Origin: Octopus sinensis
Taxonomy: Eukaryota
NCBI RefSeq assembly: GCF_006345805.1
Contig: NC_043022.1
Coordinates: 6,510,001 to 6,574,000, forward strand
Direction of reading: 5' to 3'
Length of the DNA stretch: 64,000 nt
Both the position numbers and the translations under genes were made by a program. Shown piece after piece: positions 23,655-37,276 of this stretch. Position 1 is the first letter of the stretch. Every line of letters begins with the position of its first letter. The notes under the pieces were generated by a model that was not told the origin of the DNA, did no database searches, and saw only the letters and a program-made list of their open reading frames with translations.

Positions 23655-24928
23655 AAAGGGAGAAGAAGGAAGTAATAGAGGGAAAAAGTTATCAACAAGT
23701 AATCTGATGAGTGTGTGGGTCGTTGAAATCAATAGATCAATAAGTAATCAATAAGTAATCGATCGATCGGTCGAACACACAAATGGAAGGATAAAGATAA
23801 AGAAAAGATGGGGAAAATCAATCGACAGATGAAGTTTAAAATGGTAAATAATAAGGAACAATGAATCAGTTGAAAGTAAAGGGGTCGATAAGCCATGTTT
23901 AAAAACATCAATCTGAGATCGATTTGAGGCAGAAAAGATGTGAGCGAAATCTTCTTCCCTTGTGAACTTAAGAAACGAACTAATTAAAATGTTTATCACA
24001 AACGGTTTAAATAAAGGATTCTGTTTAAAGTTGTGCCAACTCAATTTGTGTTAACCTCTTCCAATGTTTCTGCTAAAACTTTCGTTTCGTTCTAAACATA
24101 TCGGAAACATCGTCGAGTTTAAGTCGTGGTTTCTTGCTTCTTGGGGAAAACTCAATAACAAACTGTTACTACATGGATGATGGCATCTTGTTCTTCTCCA
24201 AGACTAAGGAACTGGAAATATTAATTATTCATGTTTTTAGGTGAGCAAAACAAGGAGGAAGAAGAAGACGACATGTGATGAGAGATTTTCTTAAGAAAAA
24301 AAAAATGTAAAAGAGCGTCGCAAATTGTAACGTTTTTGTAACGATTCTTAAAACCAAAAAACATTTCGTTGTAAGTGAAGAACAATGGAATGGTACGAGA
24401 GCAGGTAAGAAGGATCAACAATGATAGATCTAAAGGACGGACATTTAGCTTAAATAAATCATTAATGAAATTAAAAGATGCGTTTAAACATTAGGTTTTA
24501 TAAACCCTCTTATATATTTTTGGCGATAAACTAAGGATGTGTTCAGAAAGTGTCGTAACTTCAAAATTCTTTGGTTTTGGTCTCTATTGTAAATCGATTG
24601 AATTTTTATTAACGAAATAAAATTGACCCTTAAATAGATTTTGTGCCCACATTTTCAAAGGTTAGACAAGCGTAAAATGGGTTCACAGACAAGAAAAACG
24701 ATGGTGAAGCGATGAGATTCTGGCAGAAACCGTGTAGGACCCTGTTGAAGTTGAGGACTACAGTACAAGACTACATTGGGGAACAAGGAGGGGGTTCCGA
24801 CCTCAGGACTGATATCTATGCTAAAAATAATATAAACTTACTCTGAGGTTATCTTTCGGCATTAACGGACTATCGGCAGCAAAGGAACCACCTTTTCCCA
24901 ACTAATCTGTTTAATTGCAAAGATAGTG

Positions 24929-24933
<5 letters not shown>

Positions 24934-24991
<58 letters not shown>

Positions 24992-25010
24992 GTGCGTGCG
25001 TGCGTGCGTG
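24934..25010. repeat. (TG)n microsatellite
   Basis: Direct reading. Confidence 0.95.
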
Positions 25011-25069
25011 TCTGTCTGTGTACATACTTATGCAGAGGTGTGTATTCCAGAACCGTGTACTGCACCTGT

Positions 25070-25460
25070 GCACCAGAACCAAGACAGGAAGCAGGTCAAG
25101 CTGCTGGAATGCTTCCACAAGAGATGTCATGGAAGGAACACATAACCAACAACGAAGGCCTCCATCTGTCCCGAATATTGAAGCCTTGCTGCAGTTCAGG
25201 CAGCTCAGATGGCCTGGACACGTCTCTCATGCATAGACGAATCCAGGATTCCGAAAGCCATATTCCAGGGTGAGCTCAGCCAAGAGAAACGAGACAAGCC
25301 AGGAAGTGTTTCAAAGGCCAGCCGAAACAGCAGCTGGCCCAGGCAGGAGCAAACCCAACGGCATTGGAGGGACTTAGGGCACAGAGAGAGGCATGGCTAT
25401 GATTGCATCCAGACCGCTGTAAACAAATTTCGAGGGGATCGGAGCAACTGCGGTGAATGA
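25070..25460 (+). mobile_element. Decayed RTE-clade LINE fragment (region C-terminal to RT)
   Basis: Frameshifted pieces KLLECFHKRC / MSWKEHITN / IEALLQFRQLRWPGHV / DESRIPKAIFQGELSQ match the RTE motif LRW.GHV.RM...R.PK....GEL. Confidence 0.7.
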
Positions 25461-25670
25461 CTCTAACAACACTTTGAACATAGCCTCCTACTTAACACTG
25501 TCACAGCTGACACGGTTTGCAGAATGTGGTCGGCAGGTTAGAACCTTATACTTCTTTGGAATTAATAAATGTACCACCTAAAAAAGTCTCAAAACTTCTG
25601 GACACACGGACACACACACACACACACATCATTAATAGTTGGGTCTTAAGAAACTCTATAACTTCTGCCG

Positions 25671-25702
<32 letters not shown>

Positions 25703-25715
25703 GATATATATATAT

Positions 25716-26118
25716 AGGCGCAGGAGTGGCTGTGTGGTAAGTAGCTTGCTAACCAACCACATGGTTCCGGGTTCAGTCTCACTGCGTGGAATCTTGGGCA
25801 AGTGTCTTCTGCTATAGCCTCGGGCTGACCAAAGCCTTGTGAGTGGATTTGGTAGACGGAAACTGAAAGAAGCCTGTCGTATATATTTATATATATATAT
25901 ATGTGTGTGTGTGTTTGTTTGTGTGTCTGTGTTTGTCCCCCTAGCATTGCTTGACAACCAATGCTGGTGTGTTTACGTTCCCGTCACTTAGCGGTTCGGC
26001 AAAAAGAGACCGATAGAATAAGTACTGGGCTTACAAAAAAAAAGAATAAGTCTCGACTAAAGGCGGTGCTCCAGCATGGCCGCAGTCAAATGACTGAAAC
26101 AAGTAAAAGAGTAAAGAG
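25716..26118 (+). mobile_element. tRNA-derived SINE family 1
   Basis: Family consensus match. Confidence 0.8.
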
Positions 26119-26471
26119 TATATATATATACCGTATTTTAATGTGTATAAGGAACCCTTGCCTGTTAAAAATTAGGTTTAAAAAATGTGGGAGTTTCTTA
26201 TACATGGATAGTATTATAGATATTGATAAATACTTAATTCATCGAACCTCAATTCTCCAAATTAGGGGTTCCTTATACACATTAAAACACGTTTTATATA
26301 TATATAATTATATATTATATTTTATATTTCTATTTCCTTGTCTAATTACATTTACAATATATTTTGTATAATGCCTTTACTGTTATGTAATGGTGTAATA
26401 AAGTATTGATTGGATATTATTTGATGGTTGATGTTTGATTGATTTAAGTATGTTTCTCCATTTTCTAATTT

Positions 26472-26502
<31 letters not shown>

Positions 26503-27176
26503 TCATCAATGTAACTACATGTGCTGTTGGTGATGTCTTTCCTCTTCTTTGGACTTTTCCATTTTCTCTTTTTCCTTTCCAACGAAGAGCTATGCTCGAA
26601 ATGCCAAAGACTTTCACCCTTTACTGAGCGTCAAACTAACACACTCCATGTGCACATCCTTGTTCATTTGATTTGACCATGTGGTAAGAAGCTTGCTTCC
26701 CAAAGACATGGCTCCGGGTTCAGTCCTACCAAAGCCTTGTGATTAGACTTGGTAGGCGTAAACTGAAAGAAACCCATCATGTGTGTGTCTGTGTCCCCGC
26801 CATTGTTTGACAACCGATGCTGGTGTGTTTATGTCCCCGTAACTTAGCGGTTCCGCGGAAGAAAACCGATAGAATAAGTACTGAGCTTACAAAGAATAAA
26901 CCCTGAGGTCGATTTCTTCGACTACAACCCTTTAAGGTGGTGCTCCAGTATGGCCGTAGTCATATGTCTAGAACAAGTAAAAGAATAAAAGAATATATGC
27001 TCATGTCCAGAAGAACGGATGAATATCGTATAGATTCGACGGCTGTGTAGCAATAGCAGGGTCCCTCAGAAATCATGGGTTGGTGCCTGGCATATTGGAA
27101 GACCAGTGGGGGCGAAGCATCCCTTAGCTTTTACTAAAACGTGTCTCTAGGAGAAAATTAGTCTGATATAAAACCA

Positions 27177-27659
27177 AAGAAAACAGCACAGCTCCCATGA
27201 CTTCAGGAAACATTTTTTCACGCTGAGAGTTGCTGAAGCATGGAAGAAACTGCTGGCATCAGTTGTTAGTTGTCGGAGCACTGCATCCTTCAAAACTTCC
27301 ATGCTTCCTGAGTCCGTCAGTCTAACACCCGTGGACATGTTTAAAAGTCAGAAAACAGCACAGCTCCCCATGACTTCAGGAAACATTTTTTCACGCTGAG
27401 TGTTGCTGAAGCATGGAACAAACTGCCGGCATCGGTTGTTAGTTGTCGGAGCACTGCATCCTTCAAAACTTCCATGCTTTCTGAGATTCGCCAACACTAC
27501 ACTTGATTTTCTCCCCTCCATACACACACAAGCATGTATCTGACTCATACATTGTTCACTTTCCAGACATTTCTACATTACTGCATGTACTTTATACGCA
27601 CTTTCTGACAAGTTGTGGTGCACCTGAGCACTGTATACTATAATTTCATTATTATTATT
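27177..27659 (+). mobile_element. Two tandem CR1 3' fragments (subfamily B)
   Basis: Same CR1 C-terminal coding motif and (TTA)n tail. Confidence 0.75.
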
Positions 27660-28219
27660 TAAACATGCAGGGAATGGCATTGGGCGTTTTAGCGATCTTT
27701 TGCTTACGCGTGAAGCCATGGCGCTCCCACAATTCTGAGCCTGCGACTCATATTAACACTGGATGTCATACCCTTGATCGTCTCTGGAAGCGCTACTTTG
27801 GCATGGGATCTACCAGGAAGATTACTTAAGAAACCACAAGTCAGCAGCTGCTAGCCCAAACCCTTAGCGACGTCCTCACACCTCGTCACCTGCACGACCC
27901 ATGTTGGAAAGGGCGCAATTCCCCGCTCCCTGCGCACGCCTGACGGCTGACCCCTTCCGGTTGCCCCAGCTTCCGGTCAACGCACCCAGCTGCCGACGTC
28001 ATCCCACAGCATATACAAGAAATCTTTTACACATCATTTCGAAAAAGAAAGGTGCCACTTTGGCGTGTGATCTGCAATATAAAGGGAGATTGCTTTGTGT
28101 CAGTGCTACTTTCCGTCTGATTTAGGTGAGCAAATTTATTTTGGTAGATGATCTACATGCTTATTTTAATTACTATATCGTTTCCTTATTATTAAAACAG
28201 TAAGAAAAAACGCATTTAC

Positions 28220-28477
28220 AATAATAATAATAATAATGAAATTATTGTATACAGTGCTCAGGTGCACCACAACTTGTCAGAAAGTGCATATAAAGTACAT
28301 GCAGTAATGTAGAAATATCTGGAAAGCGAACAATGTATGAGTCAGATACATGCTTGTGTGTGTATGGAGGGGAGAAAATCAAGTGTAGTGTTGGCGAATC
28401 TCAGGAAGCATGGAAGTTTTGAAGGATGCAGTGCTCCGACAACTAACAACTGATGCCGGCAGTTTGTTCCATGCTTC
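28220..28477 (-). mobile_element. CR1 3' end (subfamily B)
   Basis: Reverse complement of the 27410-27659 sequence. Confidence 0.75.
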
Positions 28478-28933
28478 CTAAGCATGTACAAAATCATTTT
28501 AAAAGTAACCAAAATCCATCTCCCTTGTAGATCACATGTCAAAGTAGCATCTCTCTGGATTATGTCAGTGGGGTGACATGATCCAGAAGTCTGTAAGGTG
28601 CTGTACAAGCCTTATTGGACCAAATATTTTAGGTTTTACAATCGTCAGCAAGGCGACTAACCGATGCCCGGTCGAGTTGGAAGGAACTACTATTGGAGTC
28701 CATTCCCACGAAATTTAACTTTCCGTTTGAGTTGCTAAATAGCGGACTCATCACGAGCATCATCACCAGGTAACTGCACGCATACACACACACAAACATA
28801 CATACACACACACACTCTCTCTCTCTCTTTCTCTCTCTCACACACACACACACACATATACACACACAGGTTGGTAAAGCTCAATTGCTGAATGTCATTA
28901 ATTATTCTCGAACTAAATATAATTTATACGCAT

Positions 28934-29286
28934 AGGCGCAGGAGTGGCTGTGTGGTAAGTAGCTTGCTAATCAACCACATGGTTCCGGGTTCAGTCCTAC
29001 TGTGTGGCATCTTCGGCAAGTGTCTTCTGCTATAGCCTTGGGCCGACCAATGCCTTGTGAGTGAATTTGGTAGACAGGAACTGAAAGAAGCCCGTCGTAT
29101 ATATGTATATATATATATGTGTGTATGTGTTTGTGTCTGTGTTTGTCCCCCTAGCATTGCTTGACAACCGATGCTGGTGTGTTTACGTCCCCGTCACTTA
29201 GCGGTTCGGCAAAAGAGACCGATAGAATAAGTACTGGCGGTGCTCCAGCATGGCCGCAGTCAAATGACTGAAACAAGTAAAAGAGT
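28934..29286 (+). mobile_element. tRNA-derived SINE family 1
   Basis: Family consensus match with an internal deletion. Confidence 0.8.
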
Positions 29287-29986
29287 ATCTAGTTTATAAT
29301 GCCGCCTCCTCTATATTCACGTAAAAATAAAGTAGTCTTCATCCGTCTCCTGGTTTATACAAAAGACTTGGTCTTTGGATACCTCTATGGGTATCCACCT
29401 TGTTAAACATTTTTGGATCTAGTGTCTGATTTGAGGGTGCCTTCCTCCCTCGCACTCTCTCGCAAGCCTTGAAATGGATCAACAAATACAGCAGTTGTCA
29501 AGCTTATATTAATTTGTCGTGGAACCATTGTTTCCAAAAATTACACAGCCCCAAAAGCAACATTTTACAGACAGCAACCCGTCCCTGAATCTTAACTTGG
29601 ATAAAGCATTAAAGAATTGGCGTGTGTCTGTGGACAGGTGCCGCCTGGGTTCAGTCCTTTTACGTGGCACTTTTGGCAAGTGTCTTCTATTACAGCCTCA
29701 AGCTGACCAAAGCCTTGTGAGTGGATGTCATAGATGGACACTGAAAGTAGCCCGTCACACACACAAATATGTGTGTGTGTGTCTGGGTTTGTCCTCCACC
29801 AGGACTTGACAACAGGTACTCGTGTGTTAACGCTCTCCTAACTTAGCGGTTCGGCATAATAGGTTGGTACAATAAATACCAGGCTTTAAAGCATTAGTTT
29901 TGGGAACAATTCGTTTGACAGAAATTTTCAAGGTGGTGCTCCAGCATGGCCACACTAAGGACTGAAACAAGTAAAAGATAAAAGAT

Positions 29987-30371
29987 GAGTGGCTGTGTGG
30001 TAAGTAGCTTGCTAACCAACCACATGGTTCCGGGTTCAATCCCACTGCGTGGCATCTTCTGCTATAGCCCTGGGCCGACCAATGCCTTGTGAGTGGATTT
30101 GGTAGACGGAAACTGAAAGAAGCCCGTCGTATATATGTGTATATATATATGTGTGTGTGTCTGTGTTTGTGTTTGTCCCCCTAGCATTGCTTGACAACCG
30201 ATGCTGGTGTGTTTACGTCCCCGTCACTTAGCGGTTTGGCAAAAAGAGACCGATAGAATAAGTACTGGGCTTACAAAAAGAATAAGTCCCGGGGTCGATT
30301 TGCTCGACTAAAGGCGGTGCTCCAGCATGGCCGCAGTCAAATGACTGAAACAAGTAAAAGAGTAAAAGAGT
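29987..30371 (+). mobile_element. tRNA-derived SINE family 1
   Basis: Family consensus match. Confidence 0.8.
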
Positions 30372-30581
30372 AACATTTAATAAATAACTGATTATTTTGA
30401 AAACAATGAGTAATATTTGTTTTTTCGTAAATTTTTATTAAATTCATTAAAAGACATTAATTTTAAGAGATCCCGCTTTGAGGAATCCAGCCATCACACT
30501 GAGAATGACTTGCTCTCTTCCACGAGTGTCTTAAGACCTCGAAATGGGTTGACTAAACCATTATTAATAAAAGTTTATTAC

Positions 30582-30880
30582 AGTAAGAAAACAGCACAGC
30601 TCCCATAACTTCAGGAAACATTTTTTCACGCTAAGAGTTGCTGAAGCGTGGAACAAACTGCCGGCATCGGTTGTTAGTTGTCGGAGCACTGCATCCTTCA
30701 AAACTTCCATGCTTCCTGAGATTCGCCAACACTACACTTGATTTTCTCCCCTCCATACACACACAAGCATGTTCGCTTTCCAGACATTTCTACATTACTG
30801 CATGTACTTTATATGCACTTTCTGACAAGTTGTAGTGCACCTGAGCACTGTATACAATAATTTCATTATTATTATTATTA
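30582..30880 (+). mobile_element. CR1 3' end (subfamily B)
   Basis: Same motif and tail. Confidence 0.75.
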
Positions 30881-31619
30881 TGATGATGATGATGATAAAA
30901 AATATTAAATGTAACACAAATACATGTCAACTCCAAATCTTCAAACACGTGACCCTAGAAGTAATAACATTTTCTTACAGACACAACTCTATGAGTTAAT
31001 AGTCCTTTTTTAAGGCAGAAGGACACTGTTTGGCTGCCATTTCCAGAGGTAACACCAAGTGTAGAGGAAGAGTTACCCCCCTTGAGTTATAGTTCCTGGC
31101 AGTTGATCTCTATTTTTTACTTGTTTGTCATTTTGACTGCGGCCATGCTGGAGCATCGCCTTTATTCGAACAAATTGACCCCAGGACTTAATCTTTGTAA
31201 GCCTAGTACTTATTCTATCTGTCTCTTTTGCCGAACCGCTAAGTTACGGGGGCGGAAACACACCAACATCGGTTGTCAAGGGATGTTGAGGAGACAAACG
31301 CAGACACAAACACACAAATATATACGACGGGCTTCTTTCAGTTTCCATCTATCAAATCCACTCACAAGGCCTTGGTCGGCCCATGACTATAGTAGACACC
31401 CTATGATTGAACCCGGAACCATGTGGTTGGAAAGCAAGCTTCTTACCACGCAGCCACGCCCAATATAATATAGAAATATGCAAAACGAAGTCAAGCCAAA
31501 TAGTGCGAAAGAACTCTATTTATGGTTGGTTGACTTGATTATTACAACTTATACAACTCGAAGGTCCAGACTCAACTTTGGTGGATGCTCTAACAACAAT
31601 TTCCAGTAATCTGTTACAA

Positions 31620-31989
31620 ACAATAACTCTGAGCACCTCTTCAAACTCCACCCATCTAACACCCGTGGACATATTTACAAAGTAAGAAAACAGCACAGCT
31701 CCCATGACTTCAGGAAACATTTTTTCACGCTGAGAGTTGCTGAAGCATGGAACAAACTGCCGGCATCAGTTGTTAGTTGTCGGAGCACTGCATCCTTCAA
31801 AACTTCCATGCTTCCTGAGATTCGCCACACTACACTTGATTTTCTCCCCTCCATACACACACAAGCATGTATCTGACTCATACATTGTTCGCTTTCCAGA
31901 CATTTCTACATTACTGCATGTACTTTATATGCACTTTCTGACAAGTTGTGGTGCACCTGAGCACTGTATACAATAATTTCATTATTATT
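31620..31989 (+). mobile_element. CR1 3' end (subfamily B)
   Basis: NNSEHLFKLHPSNTRGHIYKVRKQ... and tail. Confidence 0.8.
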
Positions 31990-32254
31990 TTAATGCCAAC
32001 CATTTCACAGACTGTATTGGTGTTTTTTTTTACATGGCACCAGCATGGATGCTTTGTGCCACTTAAAAAGCACCACTACGTCCATTTGTCTATCTGTCTC
32101 TCTGCCTGCCTATCCACCTACCTACCTATGTGTGTATGTGTGTGTGTGTGTGCTTGAATATGAGCTAAAAGGAGCTGAGAGTAGGCAATGTGCCATTCCA
32201 CAATTCCGTCTCGGTAACCAACCACTTGACAGAGACAGGCATCAGGACAGTCTC

Positions 32255-32440
32255 TCACTCTCCCTACATTCCAGACCTAGTCCCCTGTGACTTTCGGTTG
32301 TTCCCCTAGCCGAAGGAGAAGGTGAAAGAGGCTATGGCAAGGCTACTGGACACCTTCACTGTAGAGGACTCTTCCGCGGGGCCTTTACCAACGCTACAAT
32401 ACATGCCTTGAAGCCAGAGGATCCTATTTTGAAAGAGATT
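32255..32440 (+). mobile_element. Mariner transposase remnant
   Basis: CCCTACATTCCAGACCTAGTCCCCTGTGACTTTCGGTTGTTCCCC translates PYIPDLVPCDFRLFP, similar to mariner PYSPDLAPxDFxLFP. Confidence 0.6.
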
Positions 32441-32573
32441 AGAGTTTTGCACTGCTTTGAAATTAATAAATGTTTCTCCTGAAAACTCCTGGAATGTTTT
32501 TTCAACATACATGTGTGTGTGTGTGTGTGTGTTAGGCTAAGAAGCTGTTGGACCAGAATTTTCGATTCTAGTC

Positions 32574-32576
<3 letters not shown>

Positions 32577-32606
<30 letters not shown>

Positions 32607-33082
32607 AATTATTGTATACAGTGCTCAGGTGCACCACAACTTGTCAGAAAGTGCATATAAAGTACATGCAGTAATGTAGAAATTTCTGGAAAGCGAACAA
32701 TGTATGAGTCAGATACATGCTTGTGTGTGTATGGAGGGGAGAAAATCAAGTGTAGTGTTGGCGAATCTCAGGAAGCATGGAAGTTTTGAAGGATGCAGTG
32801 CTCCGACAACTAACAACCGATGCCGGCAGTTTGTTCCATGCTTCAGCAACTCTCAGCATGAAAAAATGTTTCCTGAAGTCATGGGAGCTGTGCTGTTTTC
32901 TTACTTTGTAAATATGTCCACGGGTGTTAGATGGGTGGAATTTGAAGAGGTGCTCAGAGTTATTGTTTGTGCAATGGTTGATAATTTTATGGGTGTCTGC
33001 CAAGTCAGCTGCCAGACGTCGGAGTTTCAATGTGTCCATGCCCAGGGAAGTAAGGCGTTCAGGATATGGCAAAGGAAGGACA
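32577..33082 (-). mobile_element. CR1 3' end, longest copy
   Basis: LPYPERLTSLGMDTLKLRRLAADLADTHKII...TRGH...FF.LRVAEAWNKLP..VV....ASFK, typical CR1 ORF2 C-terminus. Confidence 0.85.
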
Positions 33083-35530
33083 TCTAGCTGTAGAAAGAAA
33101 CCATGGAGTTTGGTGTGACTCCTGTCAAACCATTTAGCCGATGCCAACATGGGAAACAGACATTAAATGATGGGGATGATAAGAGACAGACAGACAGACT
33201 GATAGAGTATGAGTAAGCAGTGTGTAACTAGACATATGGAACCAGAACTAGACAGAGAGAAATGTGTGTGTGTGCGTGCAAGGAGAGAGAAGGTACAAAT
33301 TAAGTCTTCTTTATGCAGGTGAGAATATTAAGAGGGTGGGTGGGTGAAATAATAAGGACTGGGGACAAAAGTGGGGTCTACAACACATTACTCCCTTCCC
33401 TTGTCTTCAGCTGCTTAATTCCCACCCAGCCCCTTTTTTGTTCTTTGTTTTTTGCTGAGATAGTTATAGGGGTGTTTTCTCAATAATTTAATATTTTATA
33501 CTTCTAATTTTTTTGCTTCCTGTAAAAATGTTTCAAAGGTGGCAAGCTGGCAAAAACGTTAGCACACTGGGCAAAATGCTGAGCGTTATTTCGTCTGTCT
33601 TTATGTTCTGATTTCAAATTCCACCAAGGTCGACTTTGCCTGTCATCCTGCTGTATATTAAGTACCAGTTGCATACTGGTGTTGATCTAATCGACTGGCC
33701 TCCTTCCCCAATAATTTTGGACTTTGTGCCTAGAGTACAAAACAATGAAATGTCTTTCAATAAAAAAAAAAAAAAGAAAGAAAATGGAAGAAAGTTTCGA
33801 GTGAAACCAATATAACCAGAGCCAGAAATTCAAGCCATTATTTTTGACAGGGACTGTAGTTCCAGATTTTGGTGCAAGGCACATTTGGACCTCCATTTGA
33901 TAAGTAAATCCAGAGTTCACTTCTGAAGATTTCAGAGCACAAAACACAAGAAAGAATGAAAAAATATTACATTCTTAATAGATTATGAGTTCAAACTGTA
34001 ACATCCTCCATGAATATATATAATTATCATTTAACGTCTGTTGCATGGGTTGGACAGTTTGGCCAGCGCTGCACCAGCCTGATTTGTCGTGGTTTCTATG
34101 GCCGAATGCACTTCCTAATGCCAACTGCTTTACTGAGTATGCTGGGTGCTTCTAAATGGCACCACACAAGCATTTTTAGGTAATGCCACATGCGTGCTTT
34201 CACATGGCACCACACAAGCATTTTTAGGTAATGCCACATGCGTGCTTTCACATGTGCAATGGTTGATAATTTTATGGGTGTCTGCCAAGTCAGCTGCCAG
34301 ACGTCGGAGTTTCAATGTGTCCATGCCCAGGGAAGTAAGGCGTTCAGGATATGGCAAAGGAAGGACATCTAGCTGTAGAAAGAAACCATGGAGTTTGGTG
34401 TGACTCCTGTCAAACCATTTAGCCGATGCCAACATGGGAAACGGACATTAAATGATGGGGATGATAAGAGACAGACAGACAGACTGATAGCAGCAAGATT
34501 GATAGAGTATGAGTAAGCAGTGTGTAACTAGACAGAGAGAAATGTGTGTGTGTGTGTGCGTGCAAGGAGAGAGAAGATACAAATTAAGTCTTCTTTATGC
34601 AGGTGAGAATATTAAGAGGGTGAGTAGGTGAAATAATAAGGACTGGGGACAAAAGTGGGGTCTACAACACATTACTCCCTTCCCTTGTCTTCAGCTGCTT
34701 AATTCCCACCCAGCCCCTTTTTTGTTTTTTTTTGCTGAGATAGTTATAGGGGTGTTTTCTCAATAATTTAATATTTTATACTTCTAATTTTTTTGCTTCC
34801 TGTAAAAATGTTTCAAAGGTGGCAAGCTGGCAAAAACGTTAGCACACTGGGCAAAATGCTGAGCGTTATTTCGTCTGTCTTTATGTTCTGATTTCAAATT
34901 CCACCAAGGTCGACTTTGCCTGTCATCCTGCTGTATATTAAGTACCAGTTGCATACTGGTGTTGATCTAATCGACTGGCCTCCTTCCCCAATAATTTTGG
35001 ACTTTGTGCCTAGAGTACAAAACTGTCTTTCAATAAAAAAAAAAAAAAGAAAGAAAATGGAAGAAAGTTTCAAGTGAAACCAATAAAACCAGAGCCAGAA
35101 ATTCAAGCCATTATTTTTGACAGGGACTGTAGTTCCATATTTTGGTGCAAGGCACATTTGGACCTCCATTTGATAAGTAAATCCAGAGTTCACTTCTGAA
35201 GATTTCAGAGCACAAAACACAAGAAAGAATGAAAAAAATGACATTCTTAATGGATTAGGAGTTAAAACTGTAACATCCTCCATGAATATATATATATAAT
35301 TATCATTTAATGTCTGTTGCATGGGTTGGACAGTTTGGCCAGCGCTGCACCAGCCTGATTTGTCGTGGTTTCTATGGCCGAATGCACTTCCTAATGCCAA
35401 CTGCTTTACTGAGTATGCTGGGTGCTTCTAAATGGCACCACACAAGCATTTTTAGGTAATGCCACATGCGTGCTTTCACATGGCACCACACAAGCATTTT
35501 TAGGTAATGCCACATGCGTGCTTTCACATG
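32968..35530. repeat. ~1.28-kb tandem duplication
   Basis: Copy 1 is 32968-34252 and copy 2 is 34253-35530; they differ by scattered substitutions and small indels. Confidence 0.9.
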
Positions 35531-36269
35531 GCACCACTGTGAGTCCTTTACACCACCAGAAGGACCAGTCTTTACACTTCTGCTGCAAAGTACTCATCTT
35601 CTTGAGTACAAGTGTAAACATTAATTTGTGTGTTCATTAAAACCATTTGAATAAATCCAGTCGCAATGTTGAATGATGTTCTCAAGTAAACGAAGGCCCC
35701 ACATTCAGAGACTTGGTTAATTTTAATGTGGAGACAAGCACTAGTGGAGCTAGAGTGTATGCCACCTGGGGCAGCCCTTGTTTGCTGCCCCCAGACCCCA
35801 CAAAAAAACACATTGCCTACAGCAGGCCCAAACTGCCGCCCAGGGCAGACTGTTCGCTCCCCCAACTACGCTAGTGGAGCCAAGTGGAATAAATATTACC
35901 TCAATTTTAAAAACTTGGTTTATTATGTAAATTGTAACACAAATATGTTAACGTGTTAAGTTGGTGAGAGGAAGAGCATCCAGTCAGAAAAACTTGATTT
36001 GTTTGACCCATGGAAACATACAAGTTGTGATCAAGACTGTTGCCATGGTAATAAGAGCTTAACTTTGCAGAGTGAAGCCACTTGGCACCCAATGACCTTC
36101 GACCGTGTCATACAGGCCCGTTAAGTTAATAATGTTCTTGCTTTCTTGTTGTTTGTTAAAGTTCTTGGGTGAAAGGGTGTAGAGTGTTGTCATCTCAACA
36201 AGGAGACTGGTTTTCGGCTGTGCAGGATCTCTTTGATTGTGCTAAGATGAAAACCTTTCTAAAATGGTC

Positions 36270-36455
36270 ATAACACGTGAAGAATTGTTGGTCAATGGCT
36301 ATGACCCCAAAACCAAAGCTCAGTCTTTGCAGTGACCCACAAGCCTTGAAGATCAAGAGAATACGGTACAGCAGCCACTTACTGTCCCGACAAAGGAGTT
36401 CCAGGAATGCTTCCATCAATGGAAACGGTGCTGCATAAAGGACACTACTTGAAAG
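36270..36455 (+). mobile_element. Internally deleted mariner remnant
   Basis: NGYDPKTKAQS resembles WVY.YDPETK.QS; EFQECFHQWK resembles the mariner C-terminus. Confidence 0.5.
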
Positions 36456-37049
36456 ATTCGGGCTGGAATTTTCTTTTTATAGCAGCAGTCCTGAGGCTTT
36501 CAGACAAGTCCCCTGCTACTTAGAGAAACAGATTAACCAATTTTGTTCCACCAAACCAAAATATAACCATTTCCATTTTTGGTTTCATTTTCTTGCTTCC
36601 TTTTCAAGTGTGCCAGGGTGCATGGCTTAGTGGTTAGTGTGTTGGACGCATGATCACAAGATTGTGGTTTCGATTCTTTAATAGGGAAATGTGTTCTTGA
36701 GTAAAACACTTCGTTTCCTGTTGCTCCAGTTCACTCAGCTGGCAAAAGCGAGTAACTGTGCAATGGACTGGCTTCCAGTCCAGGGGAAATGTATGTAACA
36801 CAGAAACCAATCCTATGCATCTCTATGATTCAGGGAGGATCTTTATCAATTTTTTATAGTAGTGCATGCCACCTGATGTGGTCTATTTTCTTGTACAAGG
36901 TGGTTCGTGTCTAATTTAACGAACTGGATATTTTTTTTCCAACAATTGAATAGAATTTGCAGTGCTAAATGTCTGATGGTACAGGTTCGGATTTAAGTCG
37001 ACCATTTTCAATCCTAGAGTAAAAACGGATTGAAAAAGTAATTAGATAT

Positions 37050-37276
37050 TTAACCCTTTAGTGTTCACATTATTCTGCCAAAATTAACCCTTTTTTATAC
37101 ATTGTTTTGAACTAATCATGCATTATCTTGTAGTTATGAGATTTTGATGAGGTAGCTGTTAATTTTTAAAACGATATTCTAGGGTTGGTGTGAGAGACCA
37201 GATAGGGCTAGTTTGAACATAAAACAGGTAGAATATTTTTGGCCGGATATGGCTGGTTTAAATGCTAAAGGATTAA
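37050..37276. mobile_element. piggyBac-type MITE family A
   Basis: TTAA/CCCTTTAG termini with one TIR mismatch. Confidence 0.75.

Noticed and set aside
23704-23740. CTGATGA...GAAA hammerhead-like spacing
   Set aside because: Neither helix I nor helix II can pair.
26579-26625. CCAACGAA-GAGC-tat-GCTC-GAAA, a decayed hammerhead-like hairpin in a repeat
   Set aside because: The core lacks U4 and G5 and has no NUH in register; at most a dead relic.
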